Shown here: piece after piece, positions 49,964-64,000 of the stretch
Layout of the letters: each line of letters begins with the position of its first letter
Position numbering within the stretch: position 1 is the first letter of the stretch
NCBI GenBank assembly: GCA_963734495.1
Contig: CAVTHK010000015.1
Coordinates: 64,001 to 128,000 of the forward strand
Length of the DNA: 64,000 nucleotides
Direction of reading: 5' to 3'
DNA from: an uncultured Spirochaetota bacterium
GTDB lineage: Bacteria; Spirochaetota; Spirochaetia; SZUA-6; CAVTHK01
Program-made: the position numbers and the translations under genes
Notes under the pieces: generated by a model
What the model was told of the DNA's origin: nothing
Database searches by the model: none
Seen by the model: only the letters and a program-made list of their open reading frames with translations

Positions 49964-51136
49964 ATGGAACGAGCCTTCTCCCGCAGGACCGAGCACCTGA
50001 AGCCCGAGGGCGCTTACCACGTGCTGGCCAAGGCGAACGCCCTGGAGGCGCAAGGGCGCGAGGTGATCCACCTCGAGATCGGGCAGCCGGACTTCGACAC
50101 GCTCGCCAACGTGAGCGACGCGGGGATCGCGGCGATCCGCAACGGGATGACGCGCTACACGGCGCCCTCCGGCATGCCGGCGCTGCGCGAGGCGATCGCG
50201 GCGGACGCGGGGCGGCGTCGCGGCATGAAAATCGGCCCGGAGCAGGTCGTCGTCGGCCCGGGGGCGAAGCCCCTGCTGTTCCTTCCGACGCTGGCGCTCG
50301 TGGAGCCGGGCGACGAGGTGATCTACCCGGACCCGGGCTTCCCCACCTACCGCGACATGATCGGCGTGGCGGGAGGCAAGCCGGTCCCGGTTCCGCTCCT
50401 CGAGGAAAAGGGCTTTTCTTTCGACCTCGAAGCGTTCGACAGGCTCGTGAGCAGCCGCACGAAGATGGTGGTGCTCAACTCGCCTGGCAACCCGACCGGC
50501 GGCGTCATGCCGAAGGCGGACCTCGAGCACGTCGCAGCCGCTGCCCGCAAGCACGGCTTCTGGGTGATGTCCGACGAGATCTACAGCCGGACCCACTACC
50601 TCGCCGGCGATGTCCCGAGCATCGCGGCGCTCCCGGGGATGGCGGAGCGCACGATCATCGTCGACGGCTTCTCGAAGACCTACGCGATGACGGGCTGGCG
50701 GCTCGGGCACGGGATCATGCCCGCGGCGCTCGCCGAGCGCCTCTCGCTGCTGATGGTCCACGCCGTCGGCTGCACCGCGCACTTCACGCAGGCCGCCGGC
50801 ATCGAGGCGCTCACCGGCCCGCAGGCCGAGGTCGACCGCATCGTGGGCATCTACCGCCAGCGCAGGGACCGGCTGGTCGCCGGGCTCAACGACCTGCCCG
50901 GAGTCGCGTGCAGGCTGCCGGAGGGCGCCTTCTACGCCTTCCCCAATGTCAAAGGGACGGGCATCCCCTGCCGCGAGCTCGCTTCGCGCCTCCTCGACGA
51001 GGCCGGGGTGGCCGTGCTGCCCGGAAGCGACTTCGGAAGCTGCGGCGAAGGGTACCTTCGCCTCACCTACGCGAACAGCCTCGAGAACCTCGAGAAGGCG
51101 CTGCAGAAGATGCGCGCCTTTCTCCGGAAGCTGTAG
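49964..51136 (+). CDS. Class I/II PLP-dependent aminotransferase, aspartate aminotransferase-like
   Basis: LEIGQPDF, NSPGNPTG, SDEIY and GFSKTYAMTGWRLG. Confidence 0.92.
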   Translation: MERAFSRRTEHLKPEGAYHVLAKANALEAQGREVIHLEIGQPDFDTLANVSDAGIAAIRNGMTRYTAPSGMPALREAIAADAGRRRGMKIGPEQVVVGPGAKPLLFLPTLALVEPGDEVIYPDPGFPTYRDMIGVAGGKPVPVPLLEEKGFSFDLEAFDRLVSSRTKMVVLNSPGNPTGGVMPKADLEHVAAAARKHGFWVMSDEIYSRTHYLAGDVPSIAALPGMAERTIIVDGFSKTYAMTGWRLGHGIMPAALAERLSLLMVHAVGCTAHFTQAAGIEALTGPQAEVDRIVGIYRQRRDRLVAGLNDLPGVACRLPEGAFYAFPNVKGTGIPCRELASRLLDEAGVAVLPGSDFGSCGEGYLRLTYANSLENLEKALQKMRAFLRKL

Positions 51137-51146
51137 GCGCGAGCGG

Positions 51147-51935
51147 TCAGTAAACCCGCTTCCGGACCACCTGCACGGCCGATCCCAGCGTCAGCAGGCA
51201 GATGCCCGCGACTGCGGAGCCGACCACCCACGGCGCCGGGCCGGCGCCGCCGGCCGTCCGCTTGATCAGGATCCCGAGCACGGCCCAGTCCACGACCAGC
51301 GCGTAGAACACGTCCTTGCGGTGGAACAGTGCGACCAGCGCGAGCGCGATGCCCGCCGCCACCATCACGACGGTCCAGAGCTCTTCGCTCAGGCCGAAGC
51401 GGCCCCAGCGAAAGGCCACGAGGACCGCGGTCACGTTGGCGATGCTCGCGATCGATATCCAGCCGAGATAGACGCTCACCGGGAGGTGCACCAGGTACTT
51501 CTCGAGCGGCGGCGCCGACGAGCGACCGATGTCGAGCCGGAGGTAGATCGCGATCAGGGCGGCGAGCAGGGCGGCCATGCACACGAGGGAGAGCACGAGG
51601 TGCCGGTAGTGCCAGGCGAAGATCCACCCCGCGTTGACCGCGCACGTGACGAGAAACAGGGCGTCGATCTTTTCGATGAACCCGCCCGCGTCGCCCGGCT
51701 TGCCCGCGGCGACGAGCCCGTAGACGACCCACGCCCCCAACAAGAGGTAGATCACCCCCCAGACGGAAAAGGTGAGCCCCGCCGGAACGAACAGATTGGG
51801 GTACAGATCGGAGATCTGGCCGGTCGTGCTCCCCCCGAGCGGGACCGCGTTGGCCAGGACGTTGACCGCGAGGACAAAGGCGAATCCCGCGAAGTTCAGC
51901 ACCGACAGTGACACCCGTTTCTGCGACTCGCCCAA
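51147..51935 (-). CDS. TspO/MBR-related tryptophan-rich membrane protein
   Basis: [37 protein letters not shown] and [18 protein letters not shown] before a TTG start. Confidence 0.8.
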   Translation of the reverse strand: MGESQKRVSLSVLNFAGFAFVLAVNVLANAVPLGGSTTGQISDLYPNLFVPAGLTFSVWGVIYLLLGAWVVYGLVAAGKPGDAGGFIEKIDALFLVTCAVNAGWIFAWHYRHLVLSLVCMAALLAALIAIYLRLDIGRSSAPPLEKYLVHLPVSVYLGWISIASIANVTAVLVAFRWGRFGLSEELWTVVMVAAGIALALVALFHRKDVFYALVVDWAVLGILIKRTAGGAGPAPWVVGSAVAGICLLTLGSAVQVVRKRVY

Positions 51936-52020
51936 GTGGTCTCCTTTTGTTGGGGGCGCGGCGCGCGGCGCTCGCGGCGCCCCGGTTCGGCCGGGTTCGC
52001 GCATCCCGCGGATTCAGGCC

Positions 52021-54085
<2,065 letters not shown>

Positions 54086-54091
54086 GGCGCG

Positions 54092-54120
54092 ATGCTATCC
54101 ACGGCCGCGGGCGGCGTCAA
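54092..54120 (-). promoter_or_regulatory. Sigma70 promoter of nadE, predicted leaderless
   Basis: TTGACG-17 bp-TAGCAT-6 nt-ATG with no Shine-Dalgarno. Confidence 0.65.
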
Positions 54121-55533
54121 CGCCCGGCGAGGCGGCTGTCGGGGCGTCCGCCTCGGGCGGCGACGGGCAGCCCGCGCCGGGCCACGAAGCGGCCGCTCTC
54201 CTCGCGGCCGCAAACCTCGCCCCCCTCTACCACGACGCGGCCGCGGAGGAGCACCGTCTCGGCGCGGCCCCGGACGCGGAACCCCTCGTAGACGCTCGTG
54301 TCGCACCGCGACACTCTGCGTCGCGGCCCGGATCTCCCACTCGCGGTCGGGGTCCCAGATCACGAGGTCCGCGTCCGCGCCTGCCTCGATCGCGCCCTTG
54401 GCGGGGGCGAGCCCGAAAATCCTCGCAGGCCCCGTGGAGACGAGCTGGACGAAGCGGTTTTCGCTGATCCGGCCGGCGAGGACCCCGTGCGTCCAGAGAA
54501 GCGCGAGCCTGTGCTCCACCCCCGCGACCCCGTTGGGGATGCGCGAGAAGTCGTCGAGCCCGCCGAGGCGATCCTTCCGCATAAAGGGGCAGTGATCCGT
54601 CGAAACCGCGTCGAGGGTGCCATCCGCCAGCGCGCGCCACAGCTCGGGAGGATGCGACGGCGGCCGCAGCGGAGGGCTCATCACAAAGTCGGCCGCGTCC
54701 TCGCCGCTCGTAGCAGCCGTCGTCGAGCAGCAGGTGATGCGGGCAGGCTTCGGCGAACGCCGCGCGCCCCGAGAGGCGTGCCCGGCGGATCGCCTCCGCC
54801 GCCTCGGCCGTCGAGACGTGCACCACGTACAGGGCGCAGCCGCGAGTCGGCCGCGAGGATCAGGGCGCGCTCGACGGCCTCGGCCTCGACCTCCGGCGGC
54901 CTGGAGAGGGGGTGGAAGCGCGCGGCGCGCCGGCCGCCGGCCAGGAGCCGCTGCGTCAGGAACGAGACGGCGTCGCCGTTCTCGCAGTGCGCGAGCACGA
55001 GGGCGCCCGCGGCAGCGGCGGCGGAAAGGACGCGAAGCAGGTCGCGGTCGCGGAGGCCCAGGCCGCGCTCCTGGTAGGCCAGATAGACTTTGAACGAAGG
55101 AAGGCCCCGCTCCACGCACCAGGCCATGTCGCCTGCCGTGTCGTCGCGCCACGACGTCACGCTGGGGTGCAGCGACCAGTCGCAGAGAGCCGGCGCGGCC
55201 GCGGCCATGCGCGCCTCGACCGCGGCCCGCAGGCTCTCGCCGGGCGCCGGCGTGGCGAAGTCGATCAGCGTGGTCGTTCCGCCGGCGAGCGCGGCGCGGC
55301 TGCCGGAAACGAAGTCGTCGCTCGAGGCGAGGCCCTCCCCCGGCCGGCAGCGCCATGTGCACGTGCGGGTCGATCGCGCCCGGCAGGACGAGCCGGCCGG
55401 CGGCGTCGAGCGTGAGCGCGCCCGGCGCGGCGAGCCGCGGCCCCACGGCCGCGACGCGCTCGCCGTCGAGGAGCACGTCGGCCCGCAGGGAGCCTTCAGC
55501 GTTGACGACCCTGCCGCCCCGGATGAGCAGCAT
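54117..55533 (-). CDS. hydA: Dihydropyrimidinase/hydantoinase, HyuA-like (frameshifts)
   Basis: PGAIDPHVH, GGTTTLIDF, SFKVYLAY, HCENG, VHVS, STDHCPF and IPNGVAGVE. Confidence 0.92.
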
Positions 55534-57013
55534 CAGGCTTCCGCGGCGAGGCCGACGCGGTCGTTGAAGCTCCTGATCAGCTCGTCCCACGTCGCCGGCA
55601 ATGTGTCGAAGATGCGGTCCCAGAGGTCCTCGTCGTACCAGAGGCTGTCGAGGTCCTCCGCGCTCCTGCCCTGCTGCTCCACCCACGTGAAGTACTTGAG
55701 GTTGTGGATCCTTTTGCGGCCGAGGTACGAGAGCTCCTCCACGTGGTCGTCGCGCTGCCCGTGCAGGCACCGGTCCAGGTCCCGCTCCGCCTGACCCCTG
55801 CTGTAGGCGCCGCGCGCCTCGGTCATCTCCGAAAGCCGCGACTGGTACAGGTCCGCCGAGTCCGTGGCGACGGTGAAGACGACGTCGCGCTCCGATGAGC
55901 TCGAAGTGCCGCGCCACCTTGACGGCGGCGAGCAGGTTCGCGATCCCGGAGATGCCGAGGAGGCCCAGGTCGGGCATCGGCCCGGCGCACAGGCTCTCGA
56001 GGATCCGGCGGCCCTCGGGCTCGTTGAAGAGGCGGAACACGCGCAGGCAGTCCTCGTCGTCGATCGCCGCCACGACGTCGGTGCCGCGGACGTTGTGGAT
56101 CCACGGCACGTGCTTGTCGCCGATGCCCTCGATGCGGTGCTCCCCGTGGCCCGCCGCGAGCAGCGTCGGGCACTGCAGCGCCTCCACGGCGACCACGCGC
56201 GTCCGCGGGAAGACGCGCTTGAGGTAGTCGCCGGCGGCGATCGTGCCCGCGGAACCGGTGGCGGAGACCCACGCTGCGAGCCGCGCCCCGGGCCTCGCAG
56301 CAGCCACGCCTCGAACGCCTCCTCCACGGCACGGCCCGTCACCGTGTAGTGCCAGGCCGCGTTGCCGAGCTCCTCGAACTGGTTGAAGATCACGGCGTCC
56401 GGCTCGGTCTCCCGGATCTCGCCGGCACTTGTCGTAGATCTCCTTGACGTTGGATTCGCCGCCCGGCGTCGTGATCACTTCGGACCCGATCCGGCGCAGC
56501 CACTCGAAGCGCTCCCGGCTCATCTCTTCCGGCAGGATGGCCACGGCCGTGCAGCCCATGAGGTGGGAATCGAAGGCGCCGCCGCGGCAGAAATTGCCCG
56601 TCGACGGCCAGACCGCCTTCTGGCGCGAGGGATCGAAGGTGCCCGTCACGATGCGCGGGACGAGGCAGCCGTAGGCGGCCCCGACTTTGTGCGCGCCCGT
56701 GGGGAAGAACTTGCCGACGAGAGCCACGATCGGAGGCTTGCACCCCGGTGAGCTCCCGCGGCACCTCGATCGTGTTGACGGGTCCGAAGCCGCCCCCGCG
56801 CTCGACGGGGTCGTTGTGCCAGTTGATGCGGAAGAGGTTCAGAGGGTGAAGGTCCCACAGGCCGATGCCCGCGAGCCGACGGCGGATGGACGCCGCGATC
56901 AGCCCGGGATCGCGCTGCTCCGCAAACGTAGGGAGCAGAATGCCGCGCTCGCGAAAGCGGCGGGCGACCTTCTTGACCACCTCTTCGTCCACGATTCTGT
57001 CGACCAGGTCCAT
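55533..57013 (-). CDS. Fold-type II PLP-dependent enzyme of unknown specificity (frameshifts)
   Basis: FPTGAHKVGAAY (PLP Lys), PSTGNFCRGG, NQFEE, ATGSAGT and HRIEGIGDKHVPW. Confidence 0.85.
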
Positions 57014-58293
57014 CACGTGCCCCGCTTCAAGGCTTCCCAGAGCCTCCGCGCCTCGGCGCGCGCCACCGCGTGGATCTCGCTCTCGTCCACGGTCACGATC
57101 CTGCGATCCCGCAGGACGACACGGCCTCGGGCGATCACCGAAACGACGTGACTCGATCTCAGCCCGTATATGAAATGAGACAATACGTTCTCCTCGGTGA
57201 TCTCCGTGCGAGTCGGGTAGTCGAGCACGACGAGGTTGTCCTCCCCGTCGCCCTTCGAATCCGTTGGCTTCGAGAGTACAGGTGAACGGCGCGCAGGCGG
57301 CGGTAGACCACGGCGGGAGCCGGACGATCGGAAAGCTGCGCGGCGAGCCAGGTGAACTGCGCGGCGCGCAGCATGTCGCTGTGCAGCCCGTCGGTGCCGA
57401 GGAAGATGCGCTCCCCGAGCCCGGCGGCCCTCGGCATGCCCACGGCGTTGTTGAGATTGCTCTCCGCATTCTGGGCCACCCATGCGGGAGAGCGGGCGAT
57501 GAGCGCCCGTCTCGAACTCGTGCAGGTGAAGGCAGTGGGCGAGTATGGTCTTGCCGCTCGCGAGAACCCCCGCCTGGTTCAGGCGCTCGACCACGCCGCA
57601 GCCGTAGCGCACCTGCGTATCGGCCCAGTCGACGGGGTCCTCGGCCACGTGCATGTGCACGCCGGTGGAGAAGGTCTCCGCCAGGTCCACGGCGCGCTTC
57701 AGCAGCTCGTCGCCCACCGTGAAGGAGGCGTGCAGCCCGACGAGGCCCTGCCGTCCCGACTCCAGGTAGCGGCGCGTCTCCTCCACGCCCTCCTCGCTCG
57801 CGCGCGGACCGTCGCGGTCCGACATCTCGTAGCAGGGCAGGCACGTGATGCCGACGCGGTCGAAGGCCGCGCGCAGGGTCTCGAGCGAGCCTTCGATCGC
57901 GGACGGCGACGAGTGATGGTCTATGATGAAGGTGACACCGCACCTCACCGCGTCGACGGCCGTCGCCAGGGCGCTCGCCTCGATCATCGGCCGGTCGAGC
58001 CAGCGGTCGAGTCGCCACCAGACGCGCTCGAGGATCTCGCCGAAGTTCGCGGGCGCGGCCGCCGGCGGCGGCATGCCGAGGGCCAGCGCGGAGTAGGCGT
58101 GATGATGGCCGCAGGCAAAGCTGCGCGTGACGAGCCTGCCGCCGCACTCGATGACCTCGTCGCCCGCCGCGGGCTCGCGCGGCAGGCTCTCGACCGGCTC
58201 GGGAGGCTCGCCCGGCACGACCCGCAGGTGGCAGGAGCGCAGCCCGAGGGTCAGCCAGTCGAGAAGAAGCGCGTTGCGCAGATAGACAGCCAT
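57013..58293 (-). CDS. ssnA: Amidohydrolase SsnA (internal frameshifts)
   Basis: GHHHAYSALA, LERVWWRLD, IDHHSSP, HASFT, HVAED, ESNLNNAVG and GTDG. Confidence 0.88.
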   Translation of the reverse strand: MAVYLRNALLLDWLTLGLRSCHLRVVPGEPPEPVESLPREPAAGDEVIECGGRLVTRSFACGHHHAYSALALGMPPPAAAPANFGEILERVWWRLDRWLDRPMIEASALATAVDAVRCGVTFIIDHHSSPSAIEGSLETLRAAFDRVGITCLPCYEMSDRDGPRASEEGVEETRRYLESGRQGLVGLHASFTVGDELLKRAVDLAETFSTGVHMHVAEDPVDWADTQVRYGCGVVERLNQAGVLASGKTILAHCLHLHEFETGAHRPLSRMGGPECGEQSQQRRGHAEGRRARGAHLPRHRRAAQRHAARRAVHLARRAAFRSSGSRRGLPPPARRSPVLSKPTDSKGDGEDNLVVLDYPTRTEITEENVLSHFIYGLRSSHVVSVIARGRVVLRDRRIVTVDESEIHAVARAEARRLWEALKRGT

Positions 58294-58305
58294 AGCTCTC
58301 TCCGA

Positions 58306-60884
<2,579 letters not shown>

Positions 60885-60888
<4 letters not shown>

Positions 60889-62043
60889 CGGGACCCTCCT
60901 GACTGCGAGACTTCGAGAGAGCCCCGGCCGACGATGCGGCGGTAACCCTGCGGGTCCGTGTCGCCCTCGGTATTGAGCGCCAGGACTCGTGTCCGGCTGC
61001 CGAGCCGCAGCGCGCGGGTCGCGTCGCGGAGGCCGGGGCTGCGCGCCAGCGCGAGCAGCGCCGCCAGTCCGGCGGCCCCCGATTCCCCCGAGACGATCCC
61101 CTCGCGCGCGTACAGGCGCATGGCCTCTTCCGCGTATGCGTCGCTCACGGCCACGAACAGGTCGACGGCGTCGCGCAGGATCGGCCACGCCACGGGCGAG
61201 ACCTCGCCGCAGCTCAGGCCCGCCATGATCGTGCGCTGGCTCCCGCTCGCCGGCCTCCGCTCGCCCGCCTCCGCCGACTCGAGGCAGCAGGCGGCCTCCA
61301 GCGGCTCCACGCACACGAGGCGCGGCCGCGAGCCGCCGTAGCGGCGCGCGTAGTAGGCAGCTCCGGCGGCCGCGAGACCGCCCACGCCGGCCTGCAGGAC
61401 GACCACGTCGACGCGCGGCCCGGAGGGGGCAGGCTGGTGGAGCGAGCCCTCCATCTCGCGGAACAGCGTCTGGTAGCCCAGCAGGATCCAGCGCGGGATG
61501 TCGACGTAGCCGGGATAGGCAGTGTCCGAGACGGCCTGCATGCCGAGCGCCTGTGCGTCGCCGGCGCAGCGGCGGACGCAGTCGTCGAACGTGCCTTCGA
61601 CGAGCACGACGCGTGCGCCCTCGGCCCGGATGTCCGCGACGCGCGCCGGCGCCGAATCCGCCGGGCATGTAGATCACCGCCGCGTGGCCGAGGCGACGCG
61701 CGGTCCAGGCCACGGCGCGGCCGTGGTTGCCGTCGGTGGCCGCGCAGAACGTGAGGCGGCCGGCCGCGGCGCCGGCGTTCTGCTCGAGCCAGCGGTGCAC
61801 CGCGTAGCTGGCTCCGAGCGCTTTGAACGCCTTGAGCCCGAAGCGGCGGGACTCGTCCTTCACGAAGAGCGCGCCGACGCCGAGCTCCCCGGCGGCCTCG
61901 GGGAGCTCGACGAGGGGCGTCGGCGCGTAGCCCCCGAGCGTCCTGTGGAATTCGAGCGCGCCGCTCTCATTGCGAAATTCGCAATCGCCGCCCTCCCGGC
62001 GCGGCTCGGCGACACGGAAACGGTTCAGTACGAAGCGGCACAC
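60885..62043 (-). CDS. dpaL: Diaminopropionate ammonia-lyase, YgeX (frameshift)
   Basis: YAPTPL, KDESRRFGLKAFKALGASY, ATDGNHGRAVA, SDTAYPGY, MAGLSCGE, SGESGAAG and NTEGDTDP. Confidence 0.93.
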
Positions 62044-62047
62044 CGCG

Positions 62048-64000
62048 CTATCCCCCCGCCATCCAGCGGCCAAGGGGCGTGGAGCCCAGGCCGGACGCAA
62101 GGACAGCCATCGCGGCTGCCTGCCGGTTGCTCCAGGCTTCCCCCGCGAGGCTGACGGTGCGGATCGCGAGCGTGTCCGGGTCGAGGCGCGCCGAGAGCCT
62201 GCCTTCTTCATAAACCCATTCCCCATCGACGGGCATGAGGCGTGACTCGACGCCGCCAAGGCGGCTCCTGATCCCGATCCCGCCGCTGGTTTCCACGAGC
62301 CGGTAGACGCCCTCTTCGCCGGCGAAGCTCTCATCCGAGAGACAGAGGCGGGGCTTGTCCCTGTACGGCGATCCGCTCGTCGGGCAGAAGGCCGTGCAGT
62401 TGCCGCACTCGTTGCACCAGTCGACGATGTTGGCCACCTGAACGCGCTGGCTCACCCGCCACAGCCCCTCGTCGCGGATGACCGGCGACCCGTCGCTTCC
62501 CGGAGACGCGCTCTGGATCCGCATCGTGCGCGGTCCGCTCTCCACGGTCCGCTCTTCCAGAAGACGTTCGCCCGGTTCGGGCACACGGAGACGCAGAGGT
62601 TGCAGATCTCGTCGCACGCGAGGCAGCGCGAGGCTTCGGCCGCCGCCTCGTCCGCGTCGTACGACCCGTCGGGGGCCGCGGGGACGACCGCAGGCGCGCG
62701 GCGGGCCGCGCGGCGCTGATGCTCCGCGATGGACGGCAGCTCGGCGGCCCTGTTGCGCGCGCGCCCCTGGTCCGAATCGGGGCCGGGCGGGACGCCGATG
62801 GCCCGCAGGATCTCGCGGGCGGCGCGCCGGCCGTCGGCGATGGCGCGGATGACGCTGGCCGGCCCCCGAAGCGCGTCGCCGCCCACCAGGATGCGCGGAT
62901 CGCGGGTCGAGCCGGCGGCGCGATCGATGCGCAGGTCTTCGGCGTCGAGGAAATCGAGGACAGGCTCCTGCCCGACCGCGGCGATCACGGTGTCGAACAC
63001 GGCGGTGGTTTCGCTTCCCGGCACCGGGACGGGCACTGGTCTGCCATCGCTGCCGGGCGCGCCCGGCCTCGTCCGCTGCAGGGTCACGAGCACGCCCCCG
63101 CCGTGCGCGTGGAGCGCGGTCGGCGCCACGTGCTCGCGGATAGACGCGCCCTCGGCCAGCACCGCCGCCAGCTCCTCGTGGTCGGCCGGCATCTCGCGCC
63201 TGCTCCTGCGGTAGAGGAGGACCACGCTGCCGGACGGCCCGGCGAGCCGGAGCGCCACGCGGGCCGCGTCCACGGCGCTGTTGCCGCCGCCGATCACTGC
63301 GACGCGCGCTCCGACCCGTACGGGCTCGCCGCTGCGGCAGCGGCCGAGGAAATCGAGGGCCCCCCAGACGCCGGGCGCGTCCTCGCCCGCGACGCCGAGC
63401 CGCCTGTCCCGTCGCGCGCCGACCGCGACGTACACCGCGTCGTAGCCCGCCCGCACCTTCTCGAAGAGCTCGCGGTCGACGGTCACGGACGAGCGGATCG
63501 GCACACCGAGGGAGACGATCGCGGCGATGTCTTCGCCGATTTCAGCGTCAGGGAGCCGGAACAGGGGGATCACCCGGCGCAGCAGGCCACCCGGCCGGTC
63601 CGCGGTGTCGAAGACCTCGACGCCGACTCCAGACTGCGCAAGGAGCGCGGCGCAGGCGAGCCCCGACGGCCCGGCGCCGATGACGGCGACCCGAGGCGCG
63701 GCCAAGGGCGACTGCGGCAGCCCGCCCGCGGGCAGCCCCTGCGGTCCCGGGACGGCGGTCCTCCCGTGCTCCACGGCGAAGCGCTTGACTGCGCGGATCC
63801 GCAGCGGATCGTCGTAGGCGAGACGCGTGCAGCGGAACTGGCAGAGGTGGTCGCAGATCCTGCCGGTGACCCGCGGGAAGGGGTTGGTCCGGAGGATCGT
63901 GGCAAGAGCGCGCCCGGGGTCGTGCCGGGCGGTGTGGTGCATGTACTCGCTCACGTCCTGGCCCGCGGGACAGGTCTCTTCGCAGGGCGCACGAACGCAG
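62048..64000 (-). CDS. ygfK: YgfK-like Fe-S/FAD NAD(P)-dependent oxidoreductase (5' end outside window, frameshift)
   Basis: TGRICDHLC, GAGPSG, GGGNSAVD, YRRS, RCLACDEICNLCVSVCPNRAN and WCNECGNCTAFCP..GSPYRDKP. Confidence 0.88.

Overview
This is a high-GC bacterial chromosome segment, almost certainly a spirochaete. The evidence is the rplU-rpmA-obgE-nadD-yqeK-LCP-rsfS and spoVG-tRNA-Gln-rplY-pth-tilS-ftsH gene order, spirochaete-type ParE/ParC, and a DUF1577-like PilZ protein. Many essential genes carry single-base indels, which points to long-read consensus errors, so boundaries of frameshifted genes are approximate. Contents in order: CHASE2-type adenylate cyclase, envelope genes, an orphan PDZ sensor kinase, tRNA-Met, rarA, a lytic transglycosylase, parC/parE, a Mut7-C RNase, tRNA-fMet, a degenerate HD-GYP protein, a nucleoside kinase, PilZ and TolC genes, rex-serC-serA, an HtrA-like protease, the housekeeping block with tRNA-Gln, gltBD, pyruvate:ferredoxin oxidoreductase, an aminotransferase, a TspO-like gene, nadE, and the 3' part of an anaerobic purine-degradation operon (ygfK-dpaL-xdh-ssnA-PLP enzyme-hydA). 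No mobile element or CRISPR array was found. The best leads are: (1) a stand-alone 136-aa protein of about 70% Asp/Glu with its own promoter, lying antisense inside the housekeeping block; (2) a dif-like Xer site at 2427-2454; (3) an unassigned PLP enzyme in the purine operon; (4) a divergent Rex heading serCA with a Rex-box-like site; (5) a sigma54 promoter with an upstream dyad in front of gltBD; (6) several apparently leaderless promoters.
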